Assembly (NCBI GenBank): GCA_951406725.2
Contig: OX597823.1
Location: forward strand, 27,156,001 to 27,220,000
Length of the DNA stretch: 64,000 bases
Direction of reading: 5' to 3'
From: Octopus vulgaris
Lineage: Eukaryota
The translations under genes were made by a program, and so were the position numbers. Positions 56,965-64,000 of this stretch are shown piece after piece. Positions within the stretch are counted from its first letter, which is position 1; each line of letters begins with the position of its first letter. The notes beneath the pieces were generated by a model, which was not told the DNA's origin, did no database searches, and was given only the letters and a program-made list of their open reading frames with translations.

Positions 56965-57500
56965 TGTTATGGACCAGTTATAGAAAATGCATAATTGACA
57001 ACTCTTCCGATAGCAACAAATGTAGAATGTGTGATGAGAGAGGGGAAATTGGCACAACGCCAATCCAAACGACACCATAACAATGTAGCAAGAATCGGCC
57101 ATTGGGAGCTTTGTGGAATTCGCGGCCTACAAAGACCAAAGACATGGTACGTAAAAATCCCAGAAGGATCTCACCGAAAATGAGAACTGCAAAATCCTGT
57201 GGGATGTAATGATCCAGTGCAATTACCTGACCAGACATTGTTGTGGTGAATAAAAAAGAAAGAACATGTATGATTATCGACATGCCCCAGTGACAACAGG
57301 ATCAGTGTGAAAGAAGAAAAAATAAACGACTATTATGATTTAAAGTGGGAAATACAAAGTTTGTTGTCAATGAAGAGAGTAGACGTGATGCCAACAGTAA
57401 TTTGTCCACTTGGAAGTATCAGCACTCAACTACTAACATGGCTGAAAAAGATCGGTGCAGGCGTGAAGGTAGGACTCCAACAAAAATCAACAATTTTTGG
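56965..57500 (+). mobile_element. R4/Dong-like RLE LINE fragment following (AAT)n
   Basis: TSYRKCIIDNSSDSNKCRMCDERGE; LAQRQSKRHHNNVARIGHWELC; CKILWDVMIQ; PDIVVVNKKERTCMIID; EEKINDYYDLKWEIQSL. Homologous to 20085-20390. Confidence 0.85.
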
Positions 57501-58432
57501 AATGTATGTGTAGATGTGTATGTGTGTGTTTAATAACGTACCATTACACGTGTATATGTATGTGTAGATGTGTGTATGTTTAGTAACGTACATAACGCGG
57601 AAAGACACAACACACTGAGACATATACACACTCATATACACTCACTGACAGATACACAGTCATATGAAGAATGTGCTGTCGTTGTCGTTGAGATATAAAA
57701 TGTCCTGTTGACAATAGAAAGATTATCTCTATGAAATGTCATATATTAATCGAAATAAAATTTCGTATTGACACTGACCAGCCCTCACATACATATAGTA
57801 AGTTTAATAACGTACCTAACGCAGGAAGACACACGCTGTGAGACATATACACGTCCATACACTCACAGATACACAGTCATAAACAAAATGTGACGTGGTC
57901 GTAGTCGTCAGTCATCACAAATGTATATGTATGTGCAGATGTGTGTGTGTGTTTTCCTTTTTTTAATAACGTACCGTTACATATGTATATATATGTGTAG
58001 ATGTGTGTGTTTAGTAACGTGACTACTGCGGAAGAACACACACACTATGAGATATACACACTCATACTCTTACACATATACACTCACAGAGAGATACACA
58101 ATCATATACAAAATGTAATGTCATTGTTGCCGTGGTATAAAATGTCCTGTTGACAATAGAAAGATTGCAGCGTGGAAGGTGTTTGCAAGCCATTCAAGAA
58201 CACACAAAACCTGTTAGTTTAAATTTCATTTGCGTCAAAATATTTTCGTCGCTTTGGATTCGCGACTTGTTCACTGACAAAACTTTGTACTGCATCTGAG
58301 AAAGTAACAGTTAGTTCATGATATATATGTGTTTATGTTCATATGTATGTATATATGTATGTATGTGTGTGTATGTATGCATGCATGTATGTATATGTGT
58401 AAATGAGCATGCATGCATATACGCATCTACGT

Positions 58433-58476
<44 letters not shown>

Positions 58477-59135
58477 TCATATATGTATATATGTATGTAT
58501 GCATGTATGTATGTATGTATGTGGGCATCTATGTATGTATCTATGTATGTGAGCATTTACGTATCTAAGTGTGTAGACGTGTCTGCATGTGTGTATATGT
58601 GTATGTGCATGTAAATGTACGTTTATATAGTGATATATGTGTCTGTTGAAGTTGTTTATATAACTGTTACTCTGTCGAAGATTATATGTATATATATGCT
58701 CCGAGCACACGATCTCAGATCAAGTCACTTGCTAAGCAAGTACATCTCCGTAAACAGAAAGATTATCGCTATGAAATGTTATATTGTTTTAATCGAAAGG
58801 AAAATAAAATTTCATATAGACACTGATCAGCCCTCACGTATATATAGAATGTTTAATAACGTACCTAAAGCGGAAAGACACACACACACACACACACTGT
58901 GCGACATATACACACTCATACACTCACACACGTCGCCGTAGTGGTTAGAATTAAAAGTAAAAGCATAAAAGTGAAACATATGGTATGTTTAATAACGTAC
59001 CTAACGCGGAAAGATAGACATTGTGAGAAATTTGCACTTACATACATACATTCACAGACAGATACACTGTCATATACAAAATGTGACGTCATCGTCGTCG
59101 TCGTGGTTAGAATTAAAATTAAAAGTGTAAAAATA
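57490..59135. repeat. Degenerate local tandem duplications of a ~150-280 bp unit
   Basis: Recurring tttaataacgtacc(taacgcggaaagacac)...gacatatacac...cagtcata..aaatgtg at ~57530, 57580, 57803, 57962, 58012, 58852 and 58988; aaagattatc.ctatgaaatg...gacactga.cagccctcac at 57718 and 58758. Confidence 0.75.
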
Positions 59136-59254
59136 TAAAGTTGAGCACTGGTGTCGATGTAATTGAGACTTACTCCACTCTCCAGAAATTGCTGACCTTG
59201 TGTCAAAATTTTAAGCTAATATTTCATGTGATTCAGAAATGTAGAGAAGAAATG

Positions 59255-61663
<2,409 letters not shown>

Positions 61664-61704
61664 CCTACCTATCTATCTATCTATCTATCTATCAATCTAT
61701 CTAA

Positions 61705-61803
<99 letters not shown>

Positions 61804-61862
61804 ATATCTATCTATCTATCTATCTATATATCTATATATCTATCTATCTATATCTATCTATA

Positions 61863-61937
<75 letters not shown>

Positions 61938-62575
61938 ATGTTTGTCTATCTATCTACCTACACATATATTAATATATATGTATATGTGTGTATATATTTA
62001 TATATATATATATGTATATATGTGTGTATATATTTATATATATATGTATATGTGTATACATATATATTATATATAATATGTAATACAGAGGAAGTACTGA
62101 GAAATTTCGTAATAGAGGACAAGAAAAATTTCTTTCCAATTGGAATTCATTATTATATTAGTTGAGCTTAATATTTATGAAGATACAATGTATCGTAGGT
62201 ATGCAACAATCAATTACCTCCCATTAACATGGCAAAAGGAGTCGATAGTTAGGGCTTAACGCAAATTTCGTCCAGTTTATAGAAAATCTGTGGTTCGATT
62301 TAATGACCTTCCCACGAATAGGTTTGCGTGTGAGTGTCTTTATATGACGATATGTATGAGTATATATAATCGTCCCTCTCTCACTCGCACACGCAGACAC
62401 ACACACATACATGTGTACATGTTTTCATATATGTTTATATCTAGAAATGAATATACATACATATACATATGTATGTATGTATGTATATTCATTTCTAGAT
62501 ATAAACATATATGAAAATATGTACACATGTATGTGTGTGTGTGTATGTGTGTGTGTCTGCATACATATACATATG

Positions 62576-62630
<55 letters not shown>

Positions 62631-62637
62631 TACACAA

Positions 62638-62686
<49 letters not shown>

Positions 62687-63471
62687 CCTTTATGTATGTG
62701 TATGTGCGTGCATACACATATATACCTATATATATATATATATACATACGTATATATATATACCTATATGTATGTGTATGTGCGTGCGTGTACGTATGTG
62801 TGAGTATATATAGGTTTGCATACATGTGCAATATATATATGCAGATACACACACACACACATTCATTTGTATGTTATCTTACATTTAATGTCATCCCAAC
62901 TGTTGTATCAATTTATTATTATTCAGTTACGTTAACAATCCTGCTCGGATTGATATCACTTCGTTACCTCGAGAAATTGATGTTCTTTTCCTTCCTTTTT
63001 ATAACATCGACAGGCAGCTTTAGATTGCTCCAATGATTCATTGATGGTACTTCCTGCTACTATTCTCAGTAAATCTATTTCCAAATTATAACAATATATA
63101 ATACTTGAAATTTCTCACGAATATTATCGCAAAAGCATTTTACAGGATTTTTCTTGTTAGGCAAGGCAATTAATTTTCATTTTTTTTGTTGTTCATGCAA
63201 GTTTCATTCTGTCATTTTTTTTTCTCGACAAAATATCGATTTATATCTCAGAAAATAGTATCACTTAATAAGAGATGTTTGTGTTAGGCCTGACCAACAA
63301 AATGCATGAATCACACACACATATACATCTGTATATGTACATATATCTATGTGTGTGTGTGTTTCTGTATATATATATATGTGTGTGTGTCTGTGTATAT
63401 ATATATATACATATATACATATATATATATGTACATATATATGTATATATATATATATATTTATTTATATG

Positions 63472-63509
<38 letters not shown>

Positions 63510-63537
63510 TTTATATGTATGTATGTATATATATAAA

Positions 63538-63705
63538 GGGAGAGTTTACGAAAAAAACAAAAGACGAAGACAGGTGGTGTACAAAACAAACAGATGTATT
63601 AGTATAACGCTCAGGAATAGAAAGAGTCTTTTACGTTTCGAGCCTAGGCTCTTTTACATAAAGGGACACAGAAAAAACAAGGAGAGAAACAAGGAGAGAA
63701 AAAAA
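63538..63705 (-). mobile_element. Copy of hammerhead-like repeat family
   Basis: Near-identical to 4345-4512. Confidence 0.65.
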
Positions 63706-63950
63706 AATATATATGTATATATATATATGTATCTATATATAGGCCTATATATACATACATATATACACACATATATATATATATGTATGCTTATATATAT
63801 ACATATATGTATGCATATATATGTATATATAAATGTATGTATATGTTTGTATATGTATATATATAAATGCATATATGTACATGTATATATATATACATGC
63901 ATATATGTATATGTATATATATATGTGTGTCTATACATATAGGTATGTAC

Positions 63951-64000
<50 letters not shown>

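Overview
AT-rich, microsatellite-saturated eukaryotic DNA. The SINE families and repeat style suggest an octopus/cephalopod genome (inference). The only host gene sequence is the first coding exon (48407-48855, +) of a rhodopsin-class neuropeptide-type GPCR (TM1-TM3), interrupted by a GT intron inside the E-R-Y motif; no later exon was recognised. The rest is simple repeats and decayed mobile DNA: CR1, RTE, Tx1/L1-like and R4/Dong-like LINE fragments, Penelope-like elements (PLEs), Tc1 (DD34E), mariner, a MITE, Helitrons, three tRNA-derived SINE families, a 35-bp satellite and several local duplications. Nearly all ORFs in the track are microsatellite artefacts. Highlights: (1) a PLE whose decayed ORF appears to start with a Ulp1/SENP-type cysteine-protease domain; (2) about 13 minimal type I hammerhead-ribozyme motifs of several sequence families, some in inverted-repeat pLTR-like structures, plus a 4-copy family with a non-canonical core; (3) three RLE-LINE insertions, all at (TAA)n; (4) a SINE tail that matches the 3' end of a CR1 LINE in the same window. 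All calls come from manual reading; no searches were run.
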